From the NCBI GenBank assembly GCA_964016885.1, contig OZ024742.1, positions 209,994,001 to 210,058,000 of the forward strand: a stretch of 64,000 nucleotides of DNA, in the 5' to 3' direction. The notes below the pieces were generated by a model, which saw only the letters and a list, made by a program, of their open reading frames with translations, did not search any database and had not been told where the DNA came from. The position numbers and the translations under genes are program-made. The stretch comes from Eledone cirrhosa (Eukaryota). Shown one piece after another: positions 27,278 to 43,216 of this stretch. The number at the start of each line of letters is the position of its first letter. Position 1 is the stretch's first letter.

Positions 27278-29105
27278 ATATGTGTGTGTGGGTGTTTGAA
27301 AATGTGAGAGTCCTAAACGCAGAAGATAACTGAGATACCCGATCATTCTCGATAACAGTTGAAAGTCTTTGCTAAATTGGACGGTGATAACGGCGGTTAT
27401 AGTAGCGGCGACGTTAGCGACGGTGGCGACGGATGGGGGGGGGGGGGGTGAAGTGGTGATGGTGGTGATGGTGGTCCACGAAATGAAGGAACCAGACTGT
27501 AGTTATGTATATACATAGCCCAGTCTTAAAAGCATTCCAAATCAATTGAAGTATAACTTCTCTGCATTCTTCAAATGCAGGCCAATGAATTATAGTTTTA
27601 CCAGCTGCTCTAAAGTTATTAGAGCTTATTTTCCCCCTTCTCGCTCTCTCTCCCTTTATCTCGCTCTCACACACACTCTCTCTTTCTTTCTTTCTTTCTC
27701 TCTCTTCTCACACACATTCTCTCTTTCTTTCTCTCTCTCTACCATCATCTCTCTTCTCCTTCACTCCCTCTAACATTTTATGCGTAAAATTATTCAGAAT
27801 ACACTCAATACCTCAATATCATACGAAACATTCCTTAGCCAAGAACTGGGGTCTTGACTCCCGTACCACATACCTATGGGTTGGAGGTTGTCACACGCAG
27901 GGGTGAGCTCTGCTTGTTGAGATGGCTATTTCATCGCATCACCTTCGCTATCTTACGAGGAGAACTTTTCTCCATTCTGTCCGTTAACACTAAGAGGTGG
28001 CTTGCCACAGGGGTTCCACACACCAGAGGGCGTTTCCCCCGTGCTATCCGGGCTCATCTTATTGGGGTAGCGATGATTGAGTATTCTTTCTCGAGTTTTA
28101 TCAATTATCCTTATATATACATGTACACATAGGTTTTATTACTTACATCATGGGGTGTAGCTATATACCACAAAACATGTTGTCCGATGCTCTACTGATA
28201 CTGCCAATCCACCGCCCTAATCTTATATATAATAATTGAAGGACTGCGAGACTGTGTCAAGGATATTTTCTGAACACGTTATTAAAATAAGTTGGATTAC
28301 TTTGAATAAATCATGAATGAATATTATGTGATTTATCTCCTAAGTTTCGTAGTAGTTGATTAAATATAAATATTCTTATATATAATATTTCTTATTTTAA
28401 GATTCACTTCTTTTAAAATGTTCAAATGTCACCACTTCCGGTTATGATGTAACGGACGCAATATCATATCGCTTATATAAACGTTCATATATCTGCATCG
28501 TAATATAACGTTTATATTTCCTTCGCTGATTTTCTCCTTTTTTGTTTTCATTATTTTCGCTGTAATGCAGTTTATAAATAATATCGTCTGTTTTTAAATG
28601 TATCATAGATTACTTTACTGATCATAGAAGAGGGTCCAACACAGTCTATCTTTAATTTCTGTGCATATTGTTAATTACGATTTTATTTGACATATCATAT
28701 CTACATGCATTTCTATTTCCATATATTAACATTCACACTACACATACCAATGGTGGTTTTTCTGCTAGTATTTATAATAATTGTTTCTACTTTTGGCACA
28801 AGGCCAGCAATTTTGTGGGAAGGATGAAAGCTAATTCTGCCGGGATTTGAACTCAGAAAAGGACATAACTCTATGCTGCGAAGCTAGTCCGACGCTCCAC
28901 TGAATAATATTCACAATAAAAACATATATAAAAAATAATCAGCATCACTAGAATAACAACCAACACCACCAACATTGCCATCAATATATCTACCACTCAT
29001 ATAACACACCATACAAGTTGCACACAAATATCTTAATTTATTTCATCAGTCCTTAGTTGTCGAACTGATAATTTACAAAACATAAACACACGGCACTAGT
29101 TGTTA

Positions 29106-29255
<150 letters not shown>

Positions 29256-29287
29256 CGGCGATGAATTAGTTTGACCCTCCCCAAATA

Positions 29288-29335
<48 letters not shown>

Positions 29336-29498
29336 TGTTTTTGCCAATATAGGTTTGTTTTTATTGATTTATTATTTTAAATCGAGACAGGCAAACCGTA
29401 TTATTTTAATTAGTATTTTTCAATCTAGCTAACTTGGTCATTTGCAATGCGAACACATGTATACTTGTATCAGTGTTTATCCCTATCATATATTCATT

Positions 29499-29547
<49 letters not shown>

Positions 29548-29588
29548 ATACTTTTGGAGGGTCATGTTGCTAAACAAATTCAGAAACG

Positions 29589-29643
<55 letters not shown>

Positions 29644-31435
29644 TAGTTCCACAACAGTTAGTACACCCTTTCCGAGAACAATTTGTTTCACATCAATGTA
29701 CGTATGTATATATGTATATGATGTATATGCATGTGGGTGCACGTGCATATGTGTATCTGTTCATACATGTAAATACATGTGTGTATGCTTGTGTATAAAT
29801 GTTTGTGAGAGAGTATATACGTATTTTTACATGTATCACCGGCAGTGACTTTCTAACCATTGCATAACCATGTCATTGAAATATATATTATGCAAAGTTA
29901 CGTCATTAAATTAAAAAGTGCAATACATTATTTCCAGTCCATTCAGCTGGTAAAAATGTGGTTCAAAGGGCCAGCCTTGTCTCACACTGTATCACTCTGA
30001 ATCTATCTGTGAACAATGTTAAGGATGCACGTGTCTGTGGAATGCTCAATAACTGGAACGTTAATTTAACGTGTGCGTTGTTCGAAGAACTGGAACATGT
30101 ATCGTTGGATTGGAACTGACGGAAGTCCATTCCACGTTCCATGTCTGTGTGTATGTGTTTGTGTACTTGTGTGTGTGTGTATGTGTGCGTGTTTGTTTGT
30201 GCGCGCGCGTGTGTTTGTGTGCGTTCTTAAAAGACATAAACTCGTTTTATAAGTATATAATTAAATAGTCAGAGCAGAAGCATAAATATATAGAAACACC
30301 CAATCTTACAAGTTTCTTACAAGCCATGCACCTACCTCAACACAAAGACTACATACAGATACGCTTTCATATATCTTCTTCTTCTGGGGGTTACATCTTA
30401 TTAATACACACCCTCATGCAACATACACAAAAGCACTCACACTCACACACAAATACACACACACTACTTTCACACATTTTGTACGTACTTATACATGAAT
30501 ACATACGCACATATACACGAATACATACGTACTTATACACGAATATATACGTAGATATACATGAATACATAAGCACATATACACGGATACATACATATAC
30601 ACGAATACTTATATCACACTTATTCATTGCCATCAACACCACTACTAGGAAGATCCAAAATCATGGCCAGTATCTACACTGGAACCTTTTCCCACCTCTC
30701 CCGCGCTTCCCCTCTCCCTCTCTCTCTCTCTCCCTTACCCTCTCTCTCTATCTCTCTATCTCTTTCTCTCACTACCTCTATTACACATACTTAACCTCAT
30801 TCATACATATATACAAACATATATTCCACTCATACACATACCACACATATACACATACACACTTACCCACATTTCACACACAAAATTCACTAAAATATCA
30901 TCCGTCTTCTCCCTTTCTCTCTCTCCCTCTCTCTTTCTCTCTCTATGTGTATATATATATATTTATATATATATGTATGTGTGTGTGTGTGTATCACCCT
31001 TTCTTTCTTTCACGCCCGGGCACACATATACATACATATATACATGTGCATTGACACCCCCATTCCACACACAAAGATCCATACACACACACACACATAC
31101 ACACCCATACACGCACCACCACCACCACCACCACCGCCAACACCACCACCACCAGACACACACACCACCATACTACCACAAACCTTCTTAGATTTATTGT
31201 AAGTCGCATATATTTGCGAGCATCACATCTTAGCTTGAGAGTTCTCACTGTTATTCTCATTCAAAGACACATAATATGCCATAGCTTGGTGTGTGGTTTA
31301 TCTTTCTGCCAAATTCCTGTTTTGTTTCGAAAAATCCAATCTGTTAAATGAATTGCTCGGAAGGGAGGAGGGTTCCAATGGAAAATTTATTCTCGTTTAG
31401 AAGTATCAAATAATTATTAGAATGCAAAAGATACT

Positions 31436-31620
31436 TGTTTCTACTTTAGGCACAAGGCCAGCAATTACCCAGTGCATTACTGGTACTTTATTTTATCGAC
31501 CCCGTAAGGATGAAAGGCAAAGTCAACCTCGGCGGGATTTGAACTCAGATCGTAAAGGGACGTAACTATGCTTGAAAGCATGGCGTCCGACCCTCTACCG
31601 ATACTGCCAATCCACCGCCC
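31436..31620 (-). mobile_element. Major tRNA-derived SINE with 18-bp TSD
   Basis: TAGAATGCAAAAGATACT at 31418-31435 and 31621-31638. Confidence 0.93.
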
Positions 31621-32239
31621 TAGAATGCAAAAGATACTGATAAGTGTTAAGACGCCGTCTTAAATATGCCTTGGTATTTGTTCCAGCTGGCTTCTCTCTG
31701 AGTTCAAAACCCACCTGGGTCAAACTTTTCTTTCACACTTGCTAGGTCGATAAATAAAGTACCAATACTGAGGCTGATGATTCTCTCCCCATCCCCTCTC
31801 TCTCTTTCTTTCTCTCTTTCTCTCTTTATTCCTCGGGAAGAAATTAGCTGGGTTCGTACCCGCAGAGGAAGGAGCTCTGCCAGATTCAAAATACTCAAGA
31901 CACCATGTGTCAGAAAGACACATATATGATTCAATCAAAAGTTTTACCTTTACCAACAAGATGCTGAACATATTGAACTACAGGTGAGTAAACAACAATA
32001 AATGCTTCTCAAGAAAAGTTATATATTTTTTCAAAGCCATGTAAATTATATTTAAAATATGTTAATAAAATTATATTTACAGAAATCGGAGTTTGGTTTT
32101 TCTCTTCTATATATTTTTGTCTTCATTACAATTATATGTATTCATACATTCTTTTATTCTCTTACTGAAGCCCTGATATTGGACTTCGGTTATTCTATTA
32201 CATTATATTTATTTCAGTCTAGTACATTGCCAACTTCTA

Positions 32240-32392
32240 ATAACCCAAACGGGGAGTACCTTGAAAAAAGGTGCCCCAAAACGGGGAGAAATGAGGCAAA
32301 ATGGGGAGATTTTACATAATGAAAGCTATATCCATTTTCACAAGATAAGACATCTCTCATCCACCGTCAGACGGGGAGAGTTGACAGGTCTG
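32240..32392. mobile_element. Possible hAT-type MITE terminus
   Basis: Repeated ACGGGGAG subterminal motif ending GGGGAGAGTTGACAGGTCTG; the other terminus was not found. Confidence 0.35.
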
Positions 32393-34164
32393 TTATTTTT
32401 TTATGTGAAACCGTGTGGATTTTGTGCCTTGATAGGTCATTTTGCCATACCAATTAAATTTCTACTATCCACCGCCTTAGAATTAATAATTAATAAATAA
32501 TATATTAATATTAGAGTTGTGTTAGTAGAATCGGTCGAGTATCAGACATATTTCTTTGCAATATTTAGTGATGCATTTTTACATTTCGATTTCAAATAAC
32601 ACCAAGGTAAACTTAGTTATTCATCTATCCGGAGTCGATAAATCAAGTACCATCGAGAACTGGGATCGATCTTAATCGCTCGAATATGTAAGACCGTGTT
32701 TAATGTAAGAAATCAATATAATATATGCGTTATTTTATGTCGGTGCATCACTGTAAATATATGCGTGAGTGCCTGTGCTTAATTACGTGAAATTTGAATA
32801 TGATTGTCGTCTAAAAATTATTAAGCTCATGGCAAAAAGGGTTCGATTCTTGATCTCAGCTAGTATATATCATTTGTACAGTTATTTCTTTGGCAAAGGC
32901 CATAAACCTCATAACTTTCAACAGTCCTTCTCCCACAGATCTTAAGCTTTGTCTCTGAGCAAAGCTTCAATAAAAGATATCTATCATTTTCCGTATCAAA
33001 ATTTTCTTCTTGCGCTACTTGTGTATATATACGTGTGTGTGTGTTTATATATGTATGTGTCTCGTGTGTGTATATATATATAATCTGAAAATGATTAATG
33101 TTTTTTTATCAAGGTTTCAGCCTTTGTGTGTTTCAAAGAATGAACTTTAATCTTATCTTCCCTTTTTCAGTTTTTTTCTTTTCACTTATTCATATCCTCC
33201 TTTCGTGCCTTGTTTCGCCACCTCTACCACTTCGAATTTCCTATAGAAGACAGCTATTCACACGGGAAAGCAACACCACTGGATGAAATGAGATCTTCCA
33301 ACTGAAATATTGCGAGTCCTTCTTTCCTTATCACATACTCTCCTTGTTTCCCCTTTACCCCGTCTCTCTCCCTCTCTTCCACCTCTCTCTCACTCTCTCA
33401 CTCTCACTCTCTCACTCTCACTCTCTCTCTCTCACTCTCTCTCGCGCTCTCACACCCTTTCTCCTTCGCTCTCATTCACACTCTCACTCTCTCTTTCACC
33501 CACTCATTCACCCAGCTATGTTTTTGTTTCCTTCCTTCCTTTCATTCCTATCACACACAGAGACACATAAGCACACACACACACACACGCACAGACACAC
33601 ACACACACACACATACACACATATATACACACACACACACACACACAACCTTCTTCCCAAATATTGAAAATATATTTTTGAAAGTTGTTCGCTATTCTTT
33701 TCATTGTAACAGTTAAGTAGGTGTATGTATAATCTCTGTGTTGTTCAGAGACAAACATTGATGAATTAACCCACCTTCACAAAAGAACAGTATATACGCA
33801 AGCATGTGTGTATGGGAGGTGTATATGTGTGCTAGTATGTATGCATGCATGTGTGTATGTATGTGTGTAAACGTGTGTGTAGTACATTAAGATATCCACG
33901 ATATAGTATACCCGATGTCGAGGTGTTGATATACAATTATGTACATTAGAATGAATATTAAGTCTATATACGTTGTTATAGTCAACTAATTATTTATTGA
34001 AAAAATTCATGAAATTCATATTTATTCAAAAACCATTAAATTAATGCTAATACATGCTTCCCTTCAATACATGAAAACAAATATATGTATGTGTATGTGT
34101 ATGAATGTATATATGTATGCATATACGTGTGTAGGTATAGAACACATACATACATGATGACATG

Positions 34165-34495
34165 ATGGCTGCCCCCTCGTTATCGAGTATGGCCATTGCA
34201 CTATATACCATTAGTAATTATTAATTAATTCTATCGTGCAATGCCTGTGCGCGAAGATTTTTTTAAAGTGAGGAAAGACGGTGCACTGAGCCAATCCCAC
34301 TCTCTGAGCGACAATAGCTATAACCCGAAAAGAAGAAAAGATCAACACCATCGGTAACTACTGAGCCGCAGATTTTATATCGGAGTTATCCCAGTTTCCT
34401 GAGTTGCCTTCTCCTAGAAGAATGTCCTGACAAAGGGTAGAGGTCCTTCACTCCCAGTGGTTTAACCGCGCGATCGGGTATCCAGCCCAACTATT
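34165..34495 (-). mobile_element. Probable non-autonomous RTE-related element
   Basis: Shares CCTTTGT..AGG..TTCTAGGAGAAGG(C/A)AACTC motif with 59243-59282; its other end resembles the SINE tail at 63290-63325. Confidence 0.45.
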
Positions 34496-34665
34496 TCTAC
34501 ATACATACATATGCATATTTCTATATAAACATATGTCTATATGAATGTATAAATAAAAATGTGCATATAATGATATAATGTACGTGTAAATATATGTATA
34601 TACCTATATATATATATGTTTGTGTGTGTGTATGTAAGTATCTCTCTCTCTCTCTCTCTCTCACA

Positions 34666-35670
<1,005 letters not shown>

Positions 35671-35717
35671 GTCTGTATACATATATGTATGTATGTACAC
35701 ATACATATATACATACT

Positions 35718-35798
<81 letters not shown>

Positions 35799-35800
<2 letters not shown>

Positions 35801-36676
35801 AGAAGCTAGATTTACCATCTTTCTAGTGGGTCCGGGTAAGCTTTTTACATTCATATGATTTATTGATTTATTGATATTTTATCTGAGTGACCCGAATCTT
35901 CCTGATCGTAATTTTTCGGTCGTATGGGTGATTTTAGACATAATCTTTGTGTGTTGGTATTTTAACGATAGTTATAGCTCTGATTTATCTGAATTATTGA
36001 GCCCTCTGCCACTCATGTCGAATTTTGTTTATCGTGAACTCGTGCGCCGATTTTTCGATACTCGATTATTCTACTATATTTAGCTCTAGACTTAGCTATT
36101 GACCAGTTAATTTTATTGTTCATTTTTTGTCGATTCTATTAAATGATGAATAGCTCCTGTTTATTTTAACATGTCTATTGAGCACTCTTATTCGATATGT
36201 GATTTCCCACATTCCCGAATATCTTTCGCGGATATAGAGGTTATCTCCCTTGCTGGATTCCATGTGCGTTTTCAGCTAGGGTTGGCTTTTTTATTCGTTT
36301 GGACAAAGCCCGTTGATAAAGTATTTCCTGTCCGCCGCTCTCTAGAAGTCTTATATATTTTTATGTGGGCTGATAGGGGGCGGTTTAAGGATTTACAGAA
36401 ACCCAAGAAGCTAGATTTACCATCTTTCTAGTGGGTCCGGGTAAGCTTTTTACATTCATATCATTTATTGATTTATTGATATTTTATCTGAGTGACCCGA
36501 ATCTTCCTGATCGTAATTTTTCGGTCGTATGGGTGATTTTAGACATAATCTTTGTGTGTTGGTATTTTAACGATAGTTATAGCTCTGATTTATCTGAATT
36601 ATTGAGCCCTCTGCCACTCATGTCGAATTTTGTTTATCGTGAACTCGTGCGCCGATTTTTTGATACTCGATTATTC

Positions 36677-36684
<8 letters not shown>
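35799..36684 (-). mobile_element. Partial tandem (about 605-bp period), probable PLE pseudo-LTR
   Basis: About 280 bp at 35799-36079 repeated at 36404-36684; minus strand KYFINGLCPN resembles a GIY-YIG end; flanked by (TA)n. Confidence 0.55.
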
Positions 36685-36742
<58 letters not shown>

Positions 36743-36879
36743 GACGTAAAATAAGAAAATTTTAAAAATTAAAAATTAACTCACTTACTAAAATTTTCAC
36801 TCCAACTAATTAGTTTCTGTAATATATATTTACTAGCATTAGTGTACATCCGTACGCATATGTTGGTAGATGTATTAAT

Positions 36880-36941
<62 letters not shown>

Positions 36942-37574
36942 ATATGGAAAATAATATTTGAAGATGTACCTAAAATTTTGATATATGTACAACGAAAAAA
37001 AATTAGTTCATACAAGATAAATTGTGTTTTTCTTCTTTTGGAGGCTTGTTTGTTTTCTTTTTTTCTTTTTTTGTTGTTTTTTTGTCTTTGTAAGTCATAG
37101 CAAGGTTCATTCTCCTCAACTCTGTGTATGTTGACTCAAGGACAACTGCCCTAAAGCAAATATACCAGAAATTAAAGATGGTATTTCAGATTTCTGTAGA
37201 AGACTACTATGGAGAAAAAAACAGCGATGAGTCATCATTGGTCCAAATCAAAATTGAATAACAACCCAAGAAATGAAGCCTGACCCACCACCAAAGCAGT
37301 CTATCACGCATATATATATATACATATATATATGTATATATATATATGTATATATACATATATATATACATATATATATATGTATATATATACATATATA
37401 TATATACATATATATATATGTGTATATATACATATATATATACATGTATATATATATATATATGTATATATATATACATATATATATATATATGTATGTA
37501 TATATACATATATATATACATATATATATATATGTACATATATATATACATATATATATATGTATATATATATA

Positions 37575-37768
37575 TAGGAACGAGTAGGACCCCGACGGCT
37601 GAGCTCAAGCCGTTTCGACGGCTAATTCTGCGTCCAGAATTAGCCGTCGAAACGGCTTGAGCTCCACCGTCGGGGTCCTACTCGTTCCTATTACCCACTC
37701 TACTATCCTAAGTATTGAGTACTTTGGTGCGTTATGGTCCACCTGGTTCCTTACCACATTTCCTTCGT

Positions 37769-37770
<2 letters not shown>
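37575..37770. repeat. 56-bp-arm hairpin with the 3' half of an HHR, plus tail duplicated at 40331-40408
   Basis: Arms 37575-37630 and 37635-37690, 4-nt loop; GAAACGG..CCGUC present but no CUGANGA. Confidence 0.8.
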
Positions 37771-37810
<40 letters not shown>

Positions 37811-37914
37811 TATACATATATATATGTACATATATATATATATACATATATATATACATATATATATATATATACGTATATAAATAGAAATATATATACA
37901 TATATATAGATATA

Positions 37915-37951
<37 letters not shown>

Positions 37952-37991
37952 TCACATATATATACATACATTTATATTCATATATATATAC

Positions 37992-38058
<67 letters not shown>

Positions 38059-38063
38059 CATAC

Positions 38064-38094
<31 letters not shown>

Positions 38095-38109
38095 AACATA
38101 TATATATAC

Positions 38110-38142
<33 letters not shown>

Positions 38143-38145
38143 AAC

Positions 38146-38181
<36 letters not shown>

Positions 38182-38336
38182 TGTTATACTTTGGGAGGGT
38201 CATGTTGCCAATAAGAAACACACGCACCAGTTGCTTTCACTTCAATTTAATTTATTAAATATTTATAAATTTACAAATTTATAAATTTCTGGTTGGTTGG
38301 TTGGTTCCACAACCAGATAGTTGTTTATATATATAT

Positions 38337-38381
38337 AGTCATAGTTCTTTCGTCACACACTCTGTGACCTCTTCAGTGACT
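38337..38381 (-). ncRNA. Minimal type I hammerhead ribozyme
   Basis: AGUCA-CUGAAGA-g-GUCAC(agagugu)GUGAC-GAAAG-AA-CUA|UGACU within a 280-bp insert (38181-38460) in (TA)n. Confidence 0.82.
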
Positions 38382-38489
38382 GGGGATTTCGTTCTTCGTT
38401 TCTGTGTCTTTCCTTTCTTCTATCCTACGCCATTTTGTTTGTCCAAATTCAGAAACGAAATATATATATATACATTTATATATATATAC

Positions 38490-38536
<47 letters not shown>

Positions 38537-38541
38537 CATAC

Positions 38542-38572
<31 letters not shown>

Positions 38573-38671
38573 CATATATATATACATATATATATACATA
38601 TATATACATATATATATATATACATATATATATACATATATATATACATATATATATACATATATATATAC

Positions 38672-38716
<45 letters not shown>

Positions 38717-38735
38717 TATATACATATATATATAC

Positions 38736-38815
<80 letters not shown>

Positions 38816-38824
38816 TATATATAG

Positions 38825-38980
<156 letters not shown>

Positions 38981-39425
38981 CATATATATATATATACATA
39001 CATATATATATATATATACATTCTTATAGCCTGGTCTATTCGATTTTTTATATAGTTAATTATGCTAATTGGGAGAGGAAATGGTATATATTTTATCTTG
39101 TGATTCAATAGACATGTTTTATGATATATAGCTCTGATTATTTAATTTATTAATTTTTCATTGAGCCACAAAGTGACCCGTTGCAAAACACGTATATGTA
39201 TGTATATGTATATATATATGTAAACTTTTATATGTAATAATCTCCCATTAGGTTGAGATACAAATTTGGCTGTATTGTGCTGTGCTTTCTAGCAAAAATG
39301 CCACCAGTCGTAAGCAACTACCACACCCCTTCCAACCTGACCGCGGCTACGTCACGATTTTTAGCCATTTTGAATGAATTCTTGGCGCGATCACTTTGGA
39401 AAATTTAGTGTCTAGATAAGAGCAA

Positions 39426-39513
39426 ACTTCCTGATGAATCCGGTGCTCGAGTTTATATAATTATTACATAATTATTGGAAAACTCAAAATACGGATGAAA
39501 CTATGGTAGAGGT
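39426..39513 (+). ncRNA. Type I hammerhead ribozyme with extended stem II
   Basis: ACUUC-CUGAUGA-AUCCG(49 nt incl. GAGUUU/AAACUC)CGGAU-GAAAC-UAUG-GUA|GAGGU; lies between direct repeats 39020-39130 and 39678-39788. Confidence 0.85.
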
Positions 39514-39782
39514 ATTTAAATGTATTCTATTTTCTCCTAGTTTATTTTACACCTAATTCTGTTTAGTTGACTGTATCTGGGCGATTACGCTGTCGAAATA
39601 TTCGATAAATATTCCGTTGCGGCCGACGCGAAGGGCTAGTTTCGGTTATTTGTCGGAGATTTCTTCATAGAAGCCTCATTCTTATAGCCTGGTCTATTCG
39701 ATATTTTATATAGTTAATTATGCTAATTGGGAGAGGAAATGGTATATATTTTATCTTGTGATTCTATAGACATGTTTTATGA

Positions 39783-39884
<102 letters not shown>

Positions 39885-39900
39885 TATATATATATATAGA

Positions 39901-39980
<80 letters not shown>

Positions 39981-39981
39981 C

Positions 39982-40122
<141 letters not shown>

Positions 40123-40258
40123 CATATATATATATACGTATATAAATATATATATATATATATATACATTTATATGTATATATATATACATATATATGTA
40201 TATATATATATATACATATATATATACATATATATATAAATATATATATATACATATT

Positions 40259-40312
<54 letters not shown>

Positions 40313-40438
40313 TATACATATATATACATATTACCCACTCTACTACCTCAAGTATTGAGTACTTTGGTGCGTTATGGTCCACCTGGTTCCTTACCACATT
40401 TCCTTCGTTATATATATATATATATATATATACATATC

Positions 40439-40553
<115 letters not shown>

Positions 40554-40569
40554 GCATACATATATATAT

Positions 40570-40646
<77 letters not shown>

Positions 40647-40647
40647 C

Positions 40648-40716
<69 letters not shown>

Positions 40717-40721
40717 TATAC

Positions 40722-40756
<35 letters not shown>

Positions 40757-40933
40757 AGAGGGTGTTAAAGTTTGCTTGAAGCATTGTGAAATGTGTAAAA
40801 ATACGTATTTAAGAAAGCCACAACAATGCAAAGGGAAATCTCGAGGTAGGAAGTGAAATATAGATAGGAAAAACAGGTGAAAGTGAAAATTGAGAGAGAC
40901 AAAGATGAAAACAAAACAAAGGTAGAAGGGTTA

Positions 40934-40989
<56 letters not shown>

Positions 40990-40995
<6 letters not shown>

Positions 40996-42795
40996 GTGAG
41001 GTTTTTTTACAAAATGAAAAATAACTGAGGTGTCCTACACGAGTGAAAGTATAATGAAAAAAAAGATGAAATCGAAAATGCAACTGGAGTCTTATTTTTT
41101 AAAATATATATATATTTATTTGGTTCCTTTACCGGTTTCGCAGTTCTTCTGCTTTTCAAAAGTAGAGTTGAGATGGAGGGTCTGTGGTTTTTCTCACATC
41201 TGGTTGGTATGTTACTTGTTTTATATGGAAAAAAAGTGGCTCGAAACGCCAGGTTTTTAGAGAAGTAATTTGATCGGTTGGTCAATAAGTATAATAAATT
41301 TCGCGCCAGTTCGCTTTACAAAGTTCTTCAAACAAGTGGGGGGGGGGGCTCAGGTTGTTTTTTCATATATGAGTGTTTGAATTACTTTTTACTTAAAAAA
41401 GGGGCTCACGAAGGCTTTTTTTTTTAAATGTAATTTGATTGGTTATAAATGAAATTATGGTTGTCACGTGAACAAGTTCATTAACATTTCAAGCCCGTAT
41501 TTGGGAATTTATTTTGTAGCCTTTTACAGAATTTTATGACAATAAAAAAAGTGGCTCCCGGAGGCTTTTTCTTTTAAAAGCAATTTGATTGGTTATAAAT
41601 GAAATTATGACTGTCACGTGAACAAGTTCCGCGCCCGTATTTGGGAATTTCTTTTGTAGCCATTTAGAGAATGTTATGACAAGCAAAAGATAATGGTCAA
41701 GAGAAATGGGATGGGAGAATTGTTCTGGTTCAGTGAATATGGCTAGTTCGCTGGTGTGTCAGAGTTCAGATTTTCTATTGTAATAAAGAAAGTAGACATA
41801 TGTATGTTTATTTGTGTGTTTGTGTGTGTGTGTAGGAAGATGATTCTATTGGTAGAAATGGGGGAGGGAGTTGTGTGTGTATGTATATGGGTGTTGTGTG
41901 TGTGTGGGGGAGTATGTTAAGATGGAGAGAATATATATATTTTGTGTGTGTGTGTGTGTGTAGGAAAGTGATTCTATTAGTAGAAATGGGGAGGGAGTTG
42001 TGTGTGGGAGGGGTGTTATGTGTGTGTGTATGGGTGTTATGTGTGTATGGGAGTATGGTTAGCATGTTAAGATGAAGAGAATATATATTTTGTGGGGGGG
42101 GGGGGGGAATGATTCCGTTAGTAGGAATATTTTTGAATGAACATATTTTCCTTACTTATTCGTATTTGTTCTGTTGTATTGTCAGCGCAAACGTATGTTA
42201 AGGTTTATTTAGTTCGGGTTTTTATTTTTCAAAGTACAAGGTGTTATGTGTGTGTGTGTGTGTATGTCTGTTTGGATGGTTAGCATATTATGGTGTTGAC
42301 ATAATGTATATTAAACCATATTTAATGCTGGTCAATACTTTTGAATAAACATATTTTCCTTATTTATTCGTATTTGTTCTGTTGTATTGTCAGCGCAAAG
42401 GGAAAATGGGAAGACTTGGAATTTGGGTGTCTTATTACTTGCGCAAATGTCTAGATGTGCGCTTAGTGGTATCTGTTTCATGGTTGGATCTCGTAATTGT
42501 TGGCGATGAACTGTCATTCTATTTCTGAGTGTGAGTTTAGTTTGTCCTATATAATCTTCATTGCATCCTTTACATTTAATGGCATAAATTAGATTTTTTG
42601 ATGAGCAAGTGAAGTGACTTTTTACAGCAAAATTTTGTCCTGATTTAAATGTATACGTGTTGCCTTCAATGAGGTGAGTGCAGGTTCCACAATTAGAGCG
42701 ATCACATTTTTTGACAGTTGGTTGTGGGTTTGTGGTAGGCAATTTGGCATTGGTGTGTAATGTTTTTAGTGATTTCGGTTGTCTTTTGCTTTTGA
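40990..42795 (-). mobile_element. 5'-truncated Penelope-like element (related to 8171-10990)
   Basis: GIY-YIG ORF 42332-42795 (KKCDRSNCGTC..NLIYAIKCKGCNEDYIGQT..VHR), 60-bp partial duplication at 42131-42190, 3' tail with the same tandem motifs and a variant HHR. Confidence 0.9.
41126..41165 (-). ncRNA. Minimal HHR with compensated U3-A8 core
   Basis: CUU-UUGAAAA-GCAG(aagaa)CUGC-GAAAC-CG-GUA|AAG; palindromic ACCGGU stem III; same sense as the PLE ORF. Confidence 0.7.
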
Positions 42796-43057
42796 TTATT
42801 TTGTGTGTTTCAAGATGCCACAGTTAATCATATAAATTGGAGAGGACTCATTATCCAATATGCCCCATGGCATAGGAGGACCTAAGACCAAGACAAAGAT
42901 ATATATATGTATGTGTATATATATAGAGAGAGAGAGGGGGAGCAGAGAGAGAGAAAGAGAGAGAGAGAGATGTGTGTATATGTGTGAGGGATTGGTCACA
43001 TATCATTATCTATATAATATAATATACATATAAATACATATGGGTATATGTATATAC

Positions 43058-43096
<39 letters not shown>

Positions 43097-43180
43097 AATG
43101 GTAAACAGAAATAACAACACAATCGGTACAGTATATGGAAGGGATATATTAGGTTAACGCTTGATATTGCAGGAAGAGTG

Positions 43181-43216
43181 TCTTAACGTTTCGGACTCTA
43201 GTCCTTCATCATAAGA
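43181..43216 (-). ncRNA. Minimal HHR, decayed (C3A)
   Basis: UCUU-aUGAUGA-a-GGAC(uaga)GUCC-GAAAC-GUU|AAGA. Confidence 0.6.

Noticed and set aside
27315-27375. CAGAAGA-uAACUG..CAGUU-GAAAG-U-CUU, possible second U4A hammerhead
   Set aside because: Stem I only about 2 bp; not enough support
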